Positions 1 through 12,172 of a DNA stretch of 64,000 nt are shown here, piece by piece. The translations under genes and the position numbers were made by a program. A model generated the notes under the pieces. The model ran no database searches. It worked only from the letters and a program-made list of their open reading frames with translations, and was not told the origin of the DNA. Each line of letters begins with the position of its first letter. Within the stretch, counting starts at the first letter, position 1. Origin of the DNA: Nemertoderma westbladi (taxonomy: Eukaryota > Animalia > Xenacoelomorpha); NCBI GenBank assembly GCA_032718475.1, contig JAUCBJ010006962.1, forward strand, positions 124,001-188,000, in the 5' to 3' direction.

Positions 1-159
1 TTTCATCTATACTGACTGTGCTGTCATATCTTATATTCTATCAACGTACATATACCTTACTATCAATTATATTGGAAGAAAGACAAACAACTGCTTTCAC
101 TCACACGGCGGGGACGCGTATATAAACCGAACTGGTCAGGATCCTGTGATTCCGTCACA
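1..159 (+). repeat. 3' part of the 5' LTR of element A
   Basis: Direct repeat of 6918-7076; similarity stops exactly after ...CGTCACA. Confidence 0.9.
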
Positions 160-173
160 GTCTTAAAGTCACC
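160..173 (+). promoter_or_regulatory. Non-tRNA primer-binding-site position of element A, complementary to its own LTR
   Basis: GTCTTAAAGT(CACC) follows the LTR CA directly. Its reverse complement ACTTTAAGAC is at 6864-6873, preceded by GGTGAC. No TGG PBS. Confidence 0.65.
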
Positions 174-214
174 CGAAGCCTAGACAACTGCGACCTCCAC
201 CAATAGAAGTAAAG

Positions 215-3200
215 ATGAGCCAAGAAGGAGAGAGGACACCGCCGCGGACCCCGGACGACAACCTAACGATCCGCGAGGCCGCGACGCGACGGTATCGACC
301 CATGACGCCGGGTTCGTCTACGATAGGCGATCCTGCGGCCCAGGCGGAGGGCGGCCTTCTACCACAACAAGGAACGAGCGAGTCGAGAGAAGGGAGAGAC
401 GAGTCAACGCACGACAGTGGTCGAGGAACCGATGTTGCCGGCCAGCCACAGGCCGAGGGCGACGGACGGCCCACCGGAACGGCGATGGTTGGGCCGCCGG
501 TACGATGCCGAACACGGAGAGAAAGAGGGGACGTCGGCGACGAGGACGTCGGAGTCAGCGACCAGTTGCAACGAGCCTACAACGCAACGAGGAGACAGCT
601 AAAGGAAGCCAGGGAGGGAACAAAACTGGACCAGGTGGAACTAGAACAGCGACTAGGTGAGTCGAACAAACACTTTGATTATCTAGTTCGCTTTGGGCAA
701 GGACAGTTGGCGGGTGAGAGAGTGAGAGAGACCGCCACCAAACTGTTCGAACTGTGGCAATCTAGGGGTATAGAACCTGGTGTAGTGTACATAGGGCCAT
801 ATTTAATGGATGCCAGGGGAGTTAAGTTAGTGGGTTGGGCGGGGCCGCACGAGGGCGAATCCGAGGTTGACTCCGAGGATTCGGTCTCGTCGGTCAGCAA
901 AAACCCCGGAAAGCGGGGGAAAGTTAGCAGGACAGAGAGGCGATGGGAGTCCGTCGTGACCGATAAGTCCGCTACATCCTCCGCGAAAGAAAGAAGGGTG
1001 TTAGAAATAGATCTGGCGTGTCAGCTGAGCATTGCGGCGCTAGATCAGAAAGAGTTAGAGAGACAACTGAGTGAGGGGACCGCATTATTAGAGAAGAGAG
1101 AGAGTTGCCAGGGAATGTAGAGAGAGGGCCGAGAGAGTGGCGAGAGAGCTGAGGATGCGAGGAACGGGAGGAGAATGAGAACGAGCGTAAAGAGTGGGAG
1201 ACGAGGTAGAGAACGAGCGTAAAGAGCGGAGACGAGGTAGAGAACGAGCGTAAGAGCGAGAGAGAGAGACGAGGAGTAAGAGCGAAGCGAGCGCGAGGCG
1301 AGGCGGCTTGAGAGGGTTGCGAGAGAGGCAGAGTTGGCCGAGCAGAGTTTACGAGAGGATAGAGAGAGAGAGAGAGAGGGAAAGCGTATGCGGGATGATA
1401 TGCATGCCCGGCTAAGGGGGCTTATGCAGTATCAGGCCAAGCAGAAGCGCCGACTAGAACTGGCGCAGTTGGGACTATCAGAGAGTGAGGCTGGCTCGGG
1501 TAGTGTTTACGAGGAGCCAGAAGTAGTGAAACGTTTGTTAATACCCCACTTACAGGCACCGGGCGAGAGAACCAGAACTGGTGTAGCCGTACGGGCGGGG
1601 GGGGGGGGGTAATAATAATACGTTAGAAGAAATTAATATTAATAGTACCGTAGTAGATAACCCTAATCAAACTTTTATTGCAGGAAATATATTTTACCCG
1701 GTAATTTAAATTTAAATCAAATAATCTCAAATAATAATTCCAATTCAAATATTCAAAATAATCCGAACTAATAATTTAAATTCTAATATATATCCAAATA
1801 ATTCGAATAATAATTTAAATTTAGAAAATAATAATAATTCTAATTTAAATAATTTAAATAATAATATTGATAACGGGGCTATTAATACTAATGTAGACAC
1901 AGGTAGTCCGGCCAACGGGGCCTGCAAGGCCACGCAGTTAGTGCGCAGGGAGTAGCGGGGTGAGAGACCCCGACGGGGGCCTGGTAGGCCACGTAGTATA
2001 GGCAGGGAGTAGCGGGGGTGAGTCAACCCGACGGGAGCCTGCCAGGCCACGCAGTTGCACAGGGAGAGGCGGGGGTGAGTAGACCCAGCCGCAGTAGAGA
2101 CAGTGCGTCGACTAGAGAGGGGTGTAGAAGCGAAGTAAGAGGTAGTGAAGTTAGAAGTGGCGAGTGGGGGGGGGGGGGGCTACGGGCGCCCCACCACGGA
2201 AGATTAGTGGCGAGAGAGGGGGGGGCAGAGAATGCCCCACAAGAGGGACGTAGAAGTGAAGTAAGAGATAGTGAAGTTAGAAGCAGCGGGTGGGGGGGGG
2301 GGAGGCTACGGGCGCCCCACCACGAGAGATTAGTAGCGAGAGGGGGGGGGGGCAGAGAATGTCCCACAGGCGTCGGCGGATAATGCGCGGGGCAAGTTAG
2401 GTGAACCGCGGCACCCGACGACGGAGAATAGTAGGGGGATGGCGAGTATCCCCAGGAGGGTCCAGCCGGACAGAGTAGAGTCAGATGTTAGCGCCGAGAG
2501 TGGGCGAGCGACGAGACGTCAAGCCCAGTCAGAAGAGAGAAGAAGATTAGTAGAGTTTAACCGAGAGGTCGAAGAGAGAAGAAGAATAGTAGAGTTTAAC
2601 CGAGAGGTCGAAGAGAGAAGAAGTGAAGAGAATAGAAGAATCGTTGCTACGAGCAACCGGAGAGCGAGGACGGATAGCGAGCCGTCGGTAGTAGAGATGG
2701 AGTTAGGGAGTCAGTGGGGTCGAACTCCGGGAGATTGCCGTCGCCCCGGAGAAACGCACCGCATGCCAGGAGAGGGGTACAGGATGTACCGATACGAAGA
2801 CGAGAACAGGAGAGGGGATCGAAGAGAAACTTCCCGACGGGATATAGCTGCCGATCGAGAGTACGGTAGTCGCGGGGAGATTCGAGATTCGAGAAGATTA
2901 AACTTCGGTTCGGAAGGGCACATGCAGACTGCAGGACATACTGTAGGCCTTACTGCACATACTATTATAGGCCATGCTGGGAGAGATAGTGTAGGCGATA
3001 GGGTAGCGCGGACGACGGGATTAGATCCGGAAGTCGCGGAGTACATGCCGGTAGGTAGGCAAGAAGTAGATAGGCCTATATCAGTACCAGCACAGCAGCA
3101 TGACTATAGTATCCAGGGACATAACATATATCCAGGGGAGGGGAGAGTTATTGCTGATAGATGTATGGGCCCCAATATATTAACATCAACCCCAGTACCA

Positions 3201-3239
3201 AACATACCGGTGGGGGTGGGGGGGGGGGGGACAGGGTGA
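215..3239 (+). pseudogene. gag: Disrupted N-terminal gag region of element A (R/E-rich coiled-coil, Asn-rich tract, ~120 bp tandem duplication at 2130-2370)
   Basis: Chain of same-strand ORFs 215-1120, 1334-1612, 2018-2383, 2439-3239, broken at stops and G/GA runs, leading into the gag-PR ORF. Confidence 0.65.
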
Positions 3240-3279
3240 CATTCCCCCATTACAATATCAACAATATACTCGAACAGCA

Positions 3280-5709
3280 ATGAGAACATCGAACCCCCTG
3301 GACGAGAACAGGTCGTGCGACACGGAAATATGGAGGGGGCCGTTACCCCCAATGATATATCCGAAACAAGTTAGGTCAACAGACAGGACGGGCGGACCGC
3401 ACCCAACAGGAGAATCTGTACAGCATCCATCGAACCCATTGGAAGCACAGGCAATGGGAATGGCGACACTAATCGATGCACTAAAGACCAGGATCGAGTT
3501 ACCACCAGTCGAGCCATTTAAATTCGACGGAAGTAGGCTGGAAGAATACCTGCAATTTCGGCGCATGTACAGCAACGAGATATTAAGTAAGAACTTGACG
3601 CAGCCGGAGTGCCTAAAATATCTACAGGTGTATAAAGGAGGCCCAGCATACGACATCGTGAGGCAGTACCAGGGCATCGAGGGCGGCTTCACGACAGCAT
3701 GGCGGGCGCTAGACAGGGAGTACGGGCACCTGGCCAAGATCATCCGGCAGACCCTGAGAGGTATAACATCGGGTGGCCTACAGGATAACCCCGCTAGCAT
3801 AAAGACGTTTGCGAACAAAGTCGAGAAGGTGTTAATCGTGCTGAAGACACTAGACGCGCCATACGAACTCAACGCATCTCATAACATCACCATGATAGCG
3901 CAGGCACTGCCGATCTGGCTGCGGAGCAAGTGGAGGAAGATCGTCTTCTCCACTCGGGAGAAGAAAGGTGCGGAGCCGGGGCTAGAGGAAATGTCAAACT
4001 TCCTCAACTACAAATCCGAGTTGATCGCAGACCCAGTCTATAGTGAGGATAGTTTGGGGAAGGCGCCAAAGACCGAATACAACAGGCCTAAACCCGAACA
4101 CAATCCTGCAGATCCATTCCCGAGAGTAAGACAGTCGCTACCACATGTGGCCACACAGGGGGCTACAAGCCCACAGTTAGCTGGGAGTAGGGCCACACCG
4201 TGGCAGGGACAGAAAGAAAATAACACCACAAATAAACATAATCCCAACATACCCAGAAGGCCGAGTCTAGATAACCAAAACAATAAATCGGTAGATATAC
4301 ACCTACGCGCGATACATGAAGGACTATACAGGGAACGCTATAATCCAGGATTCGAATGTCAATTACATCGGGACAGAACCTATAAGACCATGAGTTGTAA
4401 GCACTGGCAAGCGTTGCCCAAACAAGATCGTATAGCCTACACAGACGCAAACGGACTATGTCATCGATGTGTGGTAGAAGGACACAGATCCGGAGAGTGT
4501 AGAGAAACAGCAGACAACGAGACTGGAGGCCAAACAATGGCTACAAGCACAACAGTAGCAAGAAAAAAGAGGAAAGTACTACTCGGGGTAGTAGCAGTGG
4601 AGATATCAGGAAAGGGCGGTCGATCAGTTACAACATTAATGCTGGTCGACAGCGGAGCAGCCTTCACACTGGTGGAGAATTGGGTGGCCGAAGAGATAGG
4701 GCTAAAGACAAGGCCGAATAGGATGGCGGTAACTACCGTCTCAAGTAAGGATGAGGTCCTGGAGATGAGGATGGGGCGGTGCAAGATAGCAGCGATAGCA
4801 CCGGGATGCGATTATGGGGCGATAATCGTCCCCATCCACGTGTTAGAATCGATGAATATCAACGCCAGGCAACCAACCAACATTGAGGTCGAACAATATA
4901 GATTCCTGGACAGTATCGATTTCTCAATACCAGATGTGGACGTTAGGAAGGTATCCATTATAGTAGTAATGGACTGTCCGACGGCCCACGAGAGAATACA
5001 GACGGTCTTCGGCGAAGACAGACAGCGGGATGCGACGGCGATCCTCACGCCGTTCGGATGGATGCTTAGCGGCCCAGTTAAAACCAAGATTCCATCCGGG
5101 GTGACGGAGACATCAGGGTGCATGTTACCAGGCACCATAGACGCAGAGGATGAAGAGAAGAAACCGGAGATGGTAGATGAGCCAGACGAGGAAGCAACAG
5201 TAGGAGAGTGGGCGGAGGAGAATGGATTTGACGCGGAAGACTTAGAGGCAATGGGATGGAACAAGGGTCCCAGCAAGTATCGGTATGGGGATGGAGAGGA
5301 GCAGACGGCGAGATGTCCGGAGGACTGTCCGAAGGAGTGTCCGGAGGAGTGTCCAGAGGAGTGTCCGGAAGAGACGCCGGTCCGGTTGAGAGGCATACCG
5401 ACAAGGGGGAGGTCGACTAAGAAGAGAGGATGGAAAGGGATAGGATTACTATTGTTCGTTCTGTTCTATCTATTCTTCCGATTTCCTTTCATTCTGCCGC
5501 CGGGAGACCAGATGAAGGGTGGCATTTCGCTGCCAGGAGATCAGGGAATTAAGAAGACGGCGGAGAGACCAGATTTTAGGGTGGCAGAAGAGGGAAAACC
5601 AATTCCTGGTCAGTTGGAATTGGCGAAGAAAGTGTGGCGTAGAATAAGAGGATGTATAGGAGGGCAGTGGGAGAGTGCCTACTGGAAGAAGGGGCACCTT
5701 AGAGTTTAG
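3280..5709 (+). CDS. gag: BEL/Pao Gag core + zinc knuckles + aspartic protease, with acidic/CPEE-repeat tail and hydrophobic segment
   Basis: LPPVEPFKFDG...LKYL...AWRALDREYG (DUF1759-like), CHRCVVEGHRSGEC knuckle, LVDSGAAFTLV protease, TPFGWMLSG. Confidence 0.85.
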   Translation: MRTSNPLDENRSCDTEIWRGPLPPMIYPKQVRSTDRTGGPHPTGESVQHPSNPLEAQAMGMATLIDALKTRIELPPVEPFKFDGSRLEEYLQFRRMYSNEILSKNLTQPECLKYLQVYKGGPAYDIVRQYQGIEGGFTTAWRALDREYGHLAKIIRQTLRGITSGGLQDNPASIKTFANKVEKVLIVLKTLDAPYELNASHNITMIAQALPIWLRSKWRKIVFSTREKKGAEPGLEEMSNFLNYKSELIADPVYSEDSLGKAPKTEYNRPKPEHNPADPFPRVRQSLPHVATQGATSPQLAGSRATPWQGQKENNTTNKHNPNIPRRPSLDNQNNKSVDIHLRAIHEGLYRERYNPGFECQLHRDRTYKTMSCKHWQALPKQDRIAYTDANGLCHRCVVEGHRSGECRETADNETGGQTMATSTTVARKKRKVLLGVVAVEISGKGGRSVTTLMLVDSGAAFTLVENWVAEEIGLKTRPNRMAVTTVSSKDEVLEMRMGRCKIAAIAPGCDYGAIIVPIHVLESMNINARQPTNIEVEQYRFLDSIDFSIPDVDVRKVSIIVVMDCPTAHERIQTVFGEDRQRDATAILTPFGWMLSGPVKTKIPSGVTETSGCMLPGTIDAEDEEKKPEMVDEPDEEATVGEWAEENGFDAEDLEAMGWNKGPSKYRYGDGEEQTARCPEDCPKECPEECPEECPEETPVRLRGIPTRGRSTKKRGWKGIGLLLFVLFYLFFRFPFILPPGDQMKGGISLPGDQGIKKTAERPDFRVAEEGKPIPGQLELAKKVWRRIRGCIGGQWESAYWKKGHLRV

Positions 5710-5711
5710 TC

Positions 5712-5742
5712 GTCCAATGTTTTGGACTGAGGGGGGTGAGAA
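5712..5742 (+). promoter_or_regulatory. Hairpin plus polypurine tract of element A
   Basis: GTCCAA-tgtt-TTGGAC stem then GAGGGGGGTGAGAA, followed by TG at 5743. Confidence 0.6.
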
Positions 5743-7076
5743 TGAGGGCGAGACGCCCTTCCCACGCACAAATAATTATTTAAATAATAAAATAATTAAA
5801 TAATTAAAATAAGAAAGTTAGTAGGAGATAGTAAGTAGAGAGCTAGAAAGTCAGAAAGTTAATAGAAGCTAGATAGTAAGTAGAAGTCAGTAGAAGTTAG
5901 TCAGATAATTAGTAGATAGTTAGACAGCAATTTAGAAGTTAGCAAGAAGTTAGAAGTCGGCGGGTAAGGGAGTGTGGTATATTGACATGCCACGAGTTGT
6001 AGCATAGGGGTTGTGGGCACCGTAAGCGCCACGTAGAAAGTAGTAGTAGAGTGGTTGTGGGCACCGAAAGCGCCACGTAGATGGAGGTAGTAACAGAGTG
6101 GTTTTGGGCACCGAAAGCGCCACATAGTTAGAAGAGTGGGTAGAGTTAGAGATTTTTAGTTAGAGAACTAGTTAGAGCTAGTAGAGTTGGAGTTAGTAGA
6201 GAGTTAGAGAGTTCTAGTTAGAGCTAGTAGAGTTAGAGTTAGTAGAGAGTTAGAGAGTTCTAGTTAGAGCTAGTAGAGTTAGAGTTAGTAGAGAGTTAGA
6301 AAGTTCTAGTTAGAGTTAGTAGAGTTAGAGTTAGTAGAGGTAGAGAGTTAGTAGAAGTAGAGAGTTAGTAGAGAGTTAGAAAGCTAATAGAGTTAGAATT
6401 AGAGTCAGTAGAGTTAGAGTTAGTAGACTAAGTAGTAAGTTAGATTTAGATAAGGTAGATAGTATGATAGCACAGGGGTAACACAAGAGTTTTAGCGCCT
6501 TTGAGGGCAGTCTGAGAGGAGTATGGAGAGGAGCTGCTGGCGAGAGAGAGTGCGGATGAGTGCGATTCAGGTGTGGGGAGAGAACAGAGCAGAGTTAGAG
6601 TGGAGTTAGAGCGGCGTTAGAGATAGAGTAGAGTTAGAAGTCAGAGTTGAGACAGAGTTTTAAAATTGTGTGAGAATCCACAATTGTCTCGACACGGGAC
6701 GCCAGATGTCTTGGTGCAAGATAGATGAAGTTGCACCAAGAGAGGGTAGTAACATCATACCCAGAGGGAGCGGCCTGGAAAGCCGACTCCAAAGTAAGAT
6801 AACTCCACCCCACATCCTATAGTAGATCGGGTTTCCAGCGGAATTGAAGCGCAGTATGGTGACACTTTAAGACCGTCACCGCCGTCACCAATACATATTA
6901 TCGTTACCGGTTAGTGCTTTCATCTATACTGACTGTGCTGTCATATCTATTATTCTATCAACGTACATATACCTTACTATCAATTATATTGGAAGAACGA
7001 CAAACAACAGCTTTCACTCACACGGCAGGGACGCGTATATAAACCAAACTGGTCGGGATCCTCTGATCCCGTCACA
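5743..7076 (+). repeat. 3' LTR of element A (start inferred from the PPT); U3 rich in AGAGTTAGT-type tandem repeats
   Basis: End fixed by the match to 1-159; start is the TG after the PPT; tandem repeats at ~6005-6125 and ~6140-6430. Confidence 0.6.
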
Positions 7077-10000
7077 CTATTTGCAAATAAGCGTGAACAT
7101 TTAGAAGCGTGAAAGGCGACTATGGTTCTAGAACAGCAAAGAAGACAGCAAATTTTAGAATATCAGTGTAAGCAAGACGCTATTGCTGAAGTTCAAAGAT
7201 GTATAACTTCAGAGAAAGAAGATTTGGAAACCTCAAAGGGACTGGAAAGGGTACAGTCTTTTTTAAAAAGATTCGATAAGTTTCAATCTTCAGTCATTAG
7301 ATTTAATACTGGGAGAAACTCTGGAGACACTACGGCTGACCAACATATGATGACGTCATTTAAGACTCATTTTCACGATATGTTGGCCAAGGGTGCTCAA
7401 ATTACTGATCCAGCAGAGATAGCACTTCAAGATTATCAGAAGAGACATGATGACATCAAATTAAGATATAACATTAAGTTAAGAGGAAATCGAATAGGTA
7501 TAAATACGGAACAACCAAACATAGCCAATAAGATGAAGTCAACTCCAGTCAACCCGGAGGAAAGGGAAACTAGTGTTAGAGTGCCATTGTTCCCTATGGG
7601 AGCGGAGCGAGCCACACATTCAGTAGAAAACTTTATAACAAAGGAGGAGGGGGAACATTATGCATCTGGGGAGTTATACCCGAGCGATGTTAGTCATATT
7701 CAACCAAATCCCGATACACCTATAGAACCAAGGTTTCCCATTGGACAAGTAGTACAGGAAGCGATTGCGAAGGGTAACGAGCCTGTAATGAGGATTGTAA
7801 GAGAAGTTTAAGGAGCTATACGGCGTGTTGACGATCGAGTTATTCGATCTGAAGAACGAATAGAACGACAACGGATAGTAGCTCGGCGTAATGAGAATGC
7901 TGAGTACAATGAATATGATAATGTAGATGAATAAGGAGATTATATGCCGACTAATCATAAGGTGATATTTATTAACAATAACTTCAGGACGGGCAGTGAA
8001 GACAGCATAACCAAGGTAGAAAAGAGGCCTAGTAAACTGGGGAATATTTTGAGAAATCGACTAAGTCACACGAGACAAACTGTAGACTTTGAACCAGTAC
8101 AAACTGAGCCAATGGCTCAGTAAGAGCCAAGAGCTTGTAAGGTCAAACCAGATATTGCTGAGGAAATAGTGTGCTTTGCTGCAAGGCAAGGATTGCCACC
8201 ACAGAAACCACCAAGATTTACTATTAGTGCAAAGTATTGGCATACTTTTAGTAACTATGTGGAGACACAAATAGCGGCAAAAGACTACTCCGACAGAAAA
8301 GTTTAATTATTTGTTCCAGTTACTTGACAAAGAACAACGTATTTTAGCAGACACCTACACAGGCTATCCTAGGGCATTTCAACTTTCTTATGATAGATTA
8401 ACAAAGGTCTATGGTGGGAGCACTAAAATGGCTAGATCTATAGCAGATTAGTTAACAAATGGTACTACTAGGATCGGCATGCTGCATTGCAGCTGTATTT
8501 TTAAGAATGCTGTGCCGGCTTATCGACAAAATTGCACCGCCACAACTCCCTATCACCCATGACATTTGCTAGATCATCCGCATCTTCAAGGCCAGTGTCC
8601 TTTAAGATGCGTCTCAAGAAAGTCATAGGCTGTCCACCATGCTTATTCACTCCATGAGGCTGCCAAAGTACAAGATTATGCACTGGCTGGTCCTCACGAC
8701 GAAAGCAATGTCCTGTAAAGCGAAGGCGATTTTGTTCTAGTGTCAAGCTTGGGGGAACCAATGAGACACCTCCAATGTTATATAGTGTCTGGTTGGAGAT
8801 GTGTGCATTGAACTTGACACAATGAACCCGGCGTAGCATTCTTGTGAATGTGCCATCCAGAGATTTGGTGTCCTCCTGCAGTTAGAGCCCATCATGGACT
8901 CCCATAGAGGAGTACTGTAACTACTGCTGCTCTAAATAACCGGACCTTAAGTTTCCGATTAATTCTCGGTGACTTCCAAATCCTGGAAAGCCTATTCAAG
9001 GCTGCCCATGCCTTTCCCTTACGTATTCGAAGGTCCTCATCTGACTTCCGCATCCATGATCCCAGGTAACAGAAGTCATCCACATGCTCAAGCATACCAT
9101 CTTTTGAGCTTATGCTCATCCGATCAGAGACTTGCTGAGGACTTTCAAAGTTAACTGTCAAAATTTTGGTCTTTCTGGAGTTAATAAAAAGACCAACACT
9201 AGAAGCAGCATGTTCTAATGAGCTGAGGAGCCGTTGGGCTCCCACTAGTGATTCTGAGAGTACTCCTAAGTCATCAGCAAAGTCTAATTATGGGGTGCAT
9301 CACCCCATAATCATTATGATGATCTAAGGACATGCGTAGAACATAGCCAACAACAATTATAAACAAGAATGGTGCAAGTGTGTCTCCCTGGAGGACGCCC
9401 CATAACACTTCAAATGGTTCTGTGTCACCGTCAACAGTAGACACAAATGTTGTCGAACCATCGTATACTGATCTGATTTGCTGCAATAATTTTATCAGGA
9501 ATCCCATATAATGAAAGTATGCTGAACATACGTGAGCGAGAGACTGAATCAAAGGCCTTGAAGAAGTCAACAAAGATAACAGCCAGATGCCTGTCTTTCT
9601 TTTTTGATAACTCTTCAATTATCCTTCTAAGTGCCAAAATGGGCTCCATGGTCCCACGACCTTTACGGAACCCATTCTGATTTCCACGGAGCAGTCTCTC
9701 AATGGGATCTCTGATGCGATTTAATAGAATTCGATTGTATAGCTTTGCAGCAATTGAGATCAATGAGATTCCCCGAAAAGAACCATATAGTGTTAGGTTG
9801 CCCTTCTTGGGAACTGGCACCAACTTATTTGTTAGAGAGTAAGATTGAGGACAGAGGAGAAAAGGTGTCTTTGAAACATATCTACGACATTATAAAGATA
9901 GAAGCAGAGTCTGAGCTGCAGTCTAACTATTCTGAAGAATATTTGCACAGAGATCAGAAAGTTTCAGTTTTAAAATCGAAAGTGGCTTTCTCAGCAGAAC

Positions 10001-10330
10001 AACATAGGACTTATAACTCTCTGGGAAGCACTAGAGACGACATACTCAAGGTAGCTGCACCCATAGGATCAATTCCAGCACAATCTCAGACATTATTGGC
10101 AGATTTTAGAGGGTGCCAATATTGTCACCAACAATTTCAGAAATACAACGATCACAAATGTAGTAATTGTAATCAGTTCAACAACAGTTCAATTCAGTGT
10201 ATACAGTCTTATGTGTAATTCATTCATCGTTTCAGGCATATTCGATAACTGACTGTGATTCTGACACATTTAGGCCAAGATGTAAACATAGTCAAAACAC
10301 GTTTTGCTGCTCTGAGCAAAACAGAACAAT
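7077..10330 (+). pseudogene. gag: Decayed BEL/Pao gag remnant, host of element A and interrupted by an RTE LINE
   Basis: ~8160 encodes EIVCFAARQGLPPQKPPRF, like DIGKFAARQGLPTQQPQKF of element B. 9826-10200 encodes LESKIE..SLKHIYDII..EAESELQSNYSEE and CQYC..DHKCSNC, like the B gag. Confidence 0.8.
8471..9825 (-). mobile_element. 5'-truncated, frameshifted RTE-type LINE (RT and C-terminus)
   Basis: VPVPKKGNL..RGISL, QNGFRKGR, FVDFFKAFDSV, GVLQGDTLAPFLF, FADDL, FCYLGS, LRFTGHCFRR. Confidence 0.85.
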
Positions 10331-10788
10331 GAATTTCCGGCCTAGCTGATTCCAAGAATCTGAGAAATCATGACGTCATAGACAGTGGCTTACCAACTTC
10401 CAATTAATATTAATAGCCACCTAGCGTCTTTGTTTACGTTTGAACAAATACCAGTTGAGTTCGGAAAATGAAAAATAGCTTCTATTGGCCATTTCAAACT
10501 GTTGTGTACTGGAATCGAACACGTCGGGGCGTGTGGGTTTGGCAAACTTATCAAGTTCTTGGTAAGTTTGGAGTAGACTGACTAGCTTATCGCTACTAAA
10601 AGGTACATTTTAGGCCGCAGAAGCTTTAACAGTTCCTATTGAACACAAACTGATTTATTATCTCATTAACTGCCAGTACAGAGTTCCTCCATATTGGTGT
10701 GATAGGTGAACCATTTTTACACGGGAGTTTTACTCTGCTTTGGAAAAGTTGCGGTCTTCTCTCAGTTAAGGAATTTGGATGGAGTTAA

Positions 10789-12092
10789 CCTTATTAGCAC
10801 TGGGCTATAAAATTTTGTACAAATACCGGAAGGGGGTTATATTGCCCCCCTCTTCCTAAAATCTACAAATTTTAACGAAAACGTCTGATTTTCTATTGTA
10901 CGTAGATTGAACTCAAAAATGTTAATTGATTTATACGATGCTATAAATTCACATTTTGAGGTTTTCGGGTGCGCTGATTCTAATGGAATACATTTCAAAT
11001 TATCCAGATCATTGCTACTGGTATATTTCGGCGTCTTATTGCAAATGTAGTGCCAAATTTCGTACCCATCAACAAAACGTACAAGTTTGAGATGTCCAGT
11101 GGTGTTTTTATTGATTCCATCGGATTCAGGACCCTCATAAACCCGTACAACGCAAGAAACAAGATGTTACTATCTACTGATCAACTTGCTTTTTTTCAAA
11201 ATTTAGTGTTGGCACAAAAAATTTCAACTACCACCGAAAAATACAACTTTCAGAACTCATATGTAATTTTTACTTATTCCATTGAATTCAGAACCCTCAC
11301 AATCCTGTATAACGCAAGGAACAAGCTGACACTTTCAATTGATATATATGATGGGTTTTAAACGTTGGTGCAAGCACAAAATTTGCACCCACTTCCAAAA
11401 AATACAGTTTGAGATGTCTTGTAAGATAAATTTATATTCAATTGAATTTAGAACCGCCATAAACCGCTAAAATGCGAGAAATAAGTTGTCACAATCAATT
11501 GAACTATTGAATGGATTTTCAAAATTTTGTGCCGCCACCAAATTTTGCACACAGCACCGAAAAATACAAGTTTGATACGCCTGGTACAACTCGTATATAT
11601 TCCATCGAAACGAGAAACCCAAAAACCCTTATTGCTCAAAAAACAGGTTAAATAATCAATTTACAAAATTGACATATTTCAAAATTTGCTGCTGGCACCA
11701 AAATTTGACACACGCCTAAAAAACAAGTTTGAAATTTCTAAATTATTTTATATGAGTTCCATGTAATTGCAAACACCAAAAAAACGGTGTAAATCAAAAA
11801 TAGAGATGTTTAATGAATGATATGTCATAATAATGTCATGAAATGTAATTTTCAAAAAATGTAACAAAACAGTGCCAATAGTAGGAATGAGAAATGGTGG
11901 TGCTATAACTCGAAAACTTCCCAATATCTTTGAAAACCGTTTTCACAATCATGAAGACAATATTATTTTAGCAAAAGTCATACAATGTCACATTCCCAAC
12001 TGCGTTTGTTTCAGAGTTATAGCAAAAAAACCACGGGGGTTGGTCCCCCCGCGGGTGGGGGGGGGGGGGGGGGGGGGGGTGGTTTAATATGG
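10789..12092. mobile_element. Non-autonomous TTAA-specific DNA transposon (piggyBac-type) with internal ~180 bp diverged tandem repeats
   Basis: TTAA|CCTTATTA ... TAATATGG|TTAA; repeated AAAATACAAGTTTGA-like blocks inside; no transposase. Confidence 0.6.
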
Positions 12093-12172
12093 TTAAAGTT
12101 TTTGCTTCATCTTCTTATAATCCTCTGAAAACATCCATGCATGGGCAGTTGACCCATTCCTTTTATCATGCG

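Larger units (their letters stand above)
1..7076 (+). mobile_element. BEL/Pao LTR retrotransposon A, non-autonomous (gag + protease, no RT/RNase H/integrase); 5' LTR runs off the window start
   Basis: 1-159 is repeated at 6918-7076 (about 9 mismatches, both end GTCACA). Internal ORFs have BEL-type gag motifs and a DSG protease. A purine tract precedes the 3' repeat region. Confidence 0.85.

Noticed and set aside
133-150. TGGTCAGGATCC as a tRNA PBS of element A
   Set aside because: The same sequence occurs in the 3' LTR (7050-7061), so it lies inside the LTR.
5990-6430. Regularly spaced repeats as a CRISPR-like array
   Set aside because: Plain tandem repeats in LTR U3, with no unique spacers or cas genes, in a eukaryotic context.
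10400-10788. Possible downstream exon of the semaphorin-like gene
   Set aside because: Minus-strand translations showed no Sema or PSI motifs.
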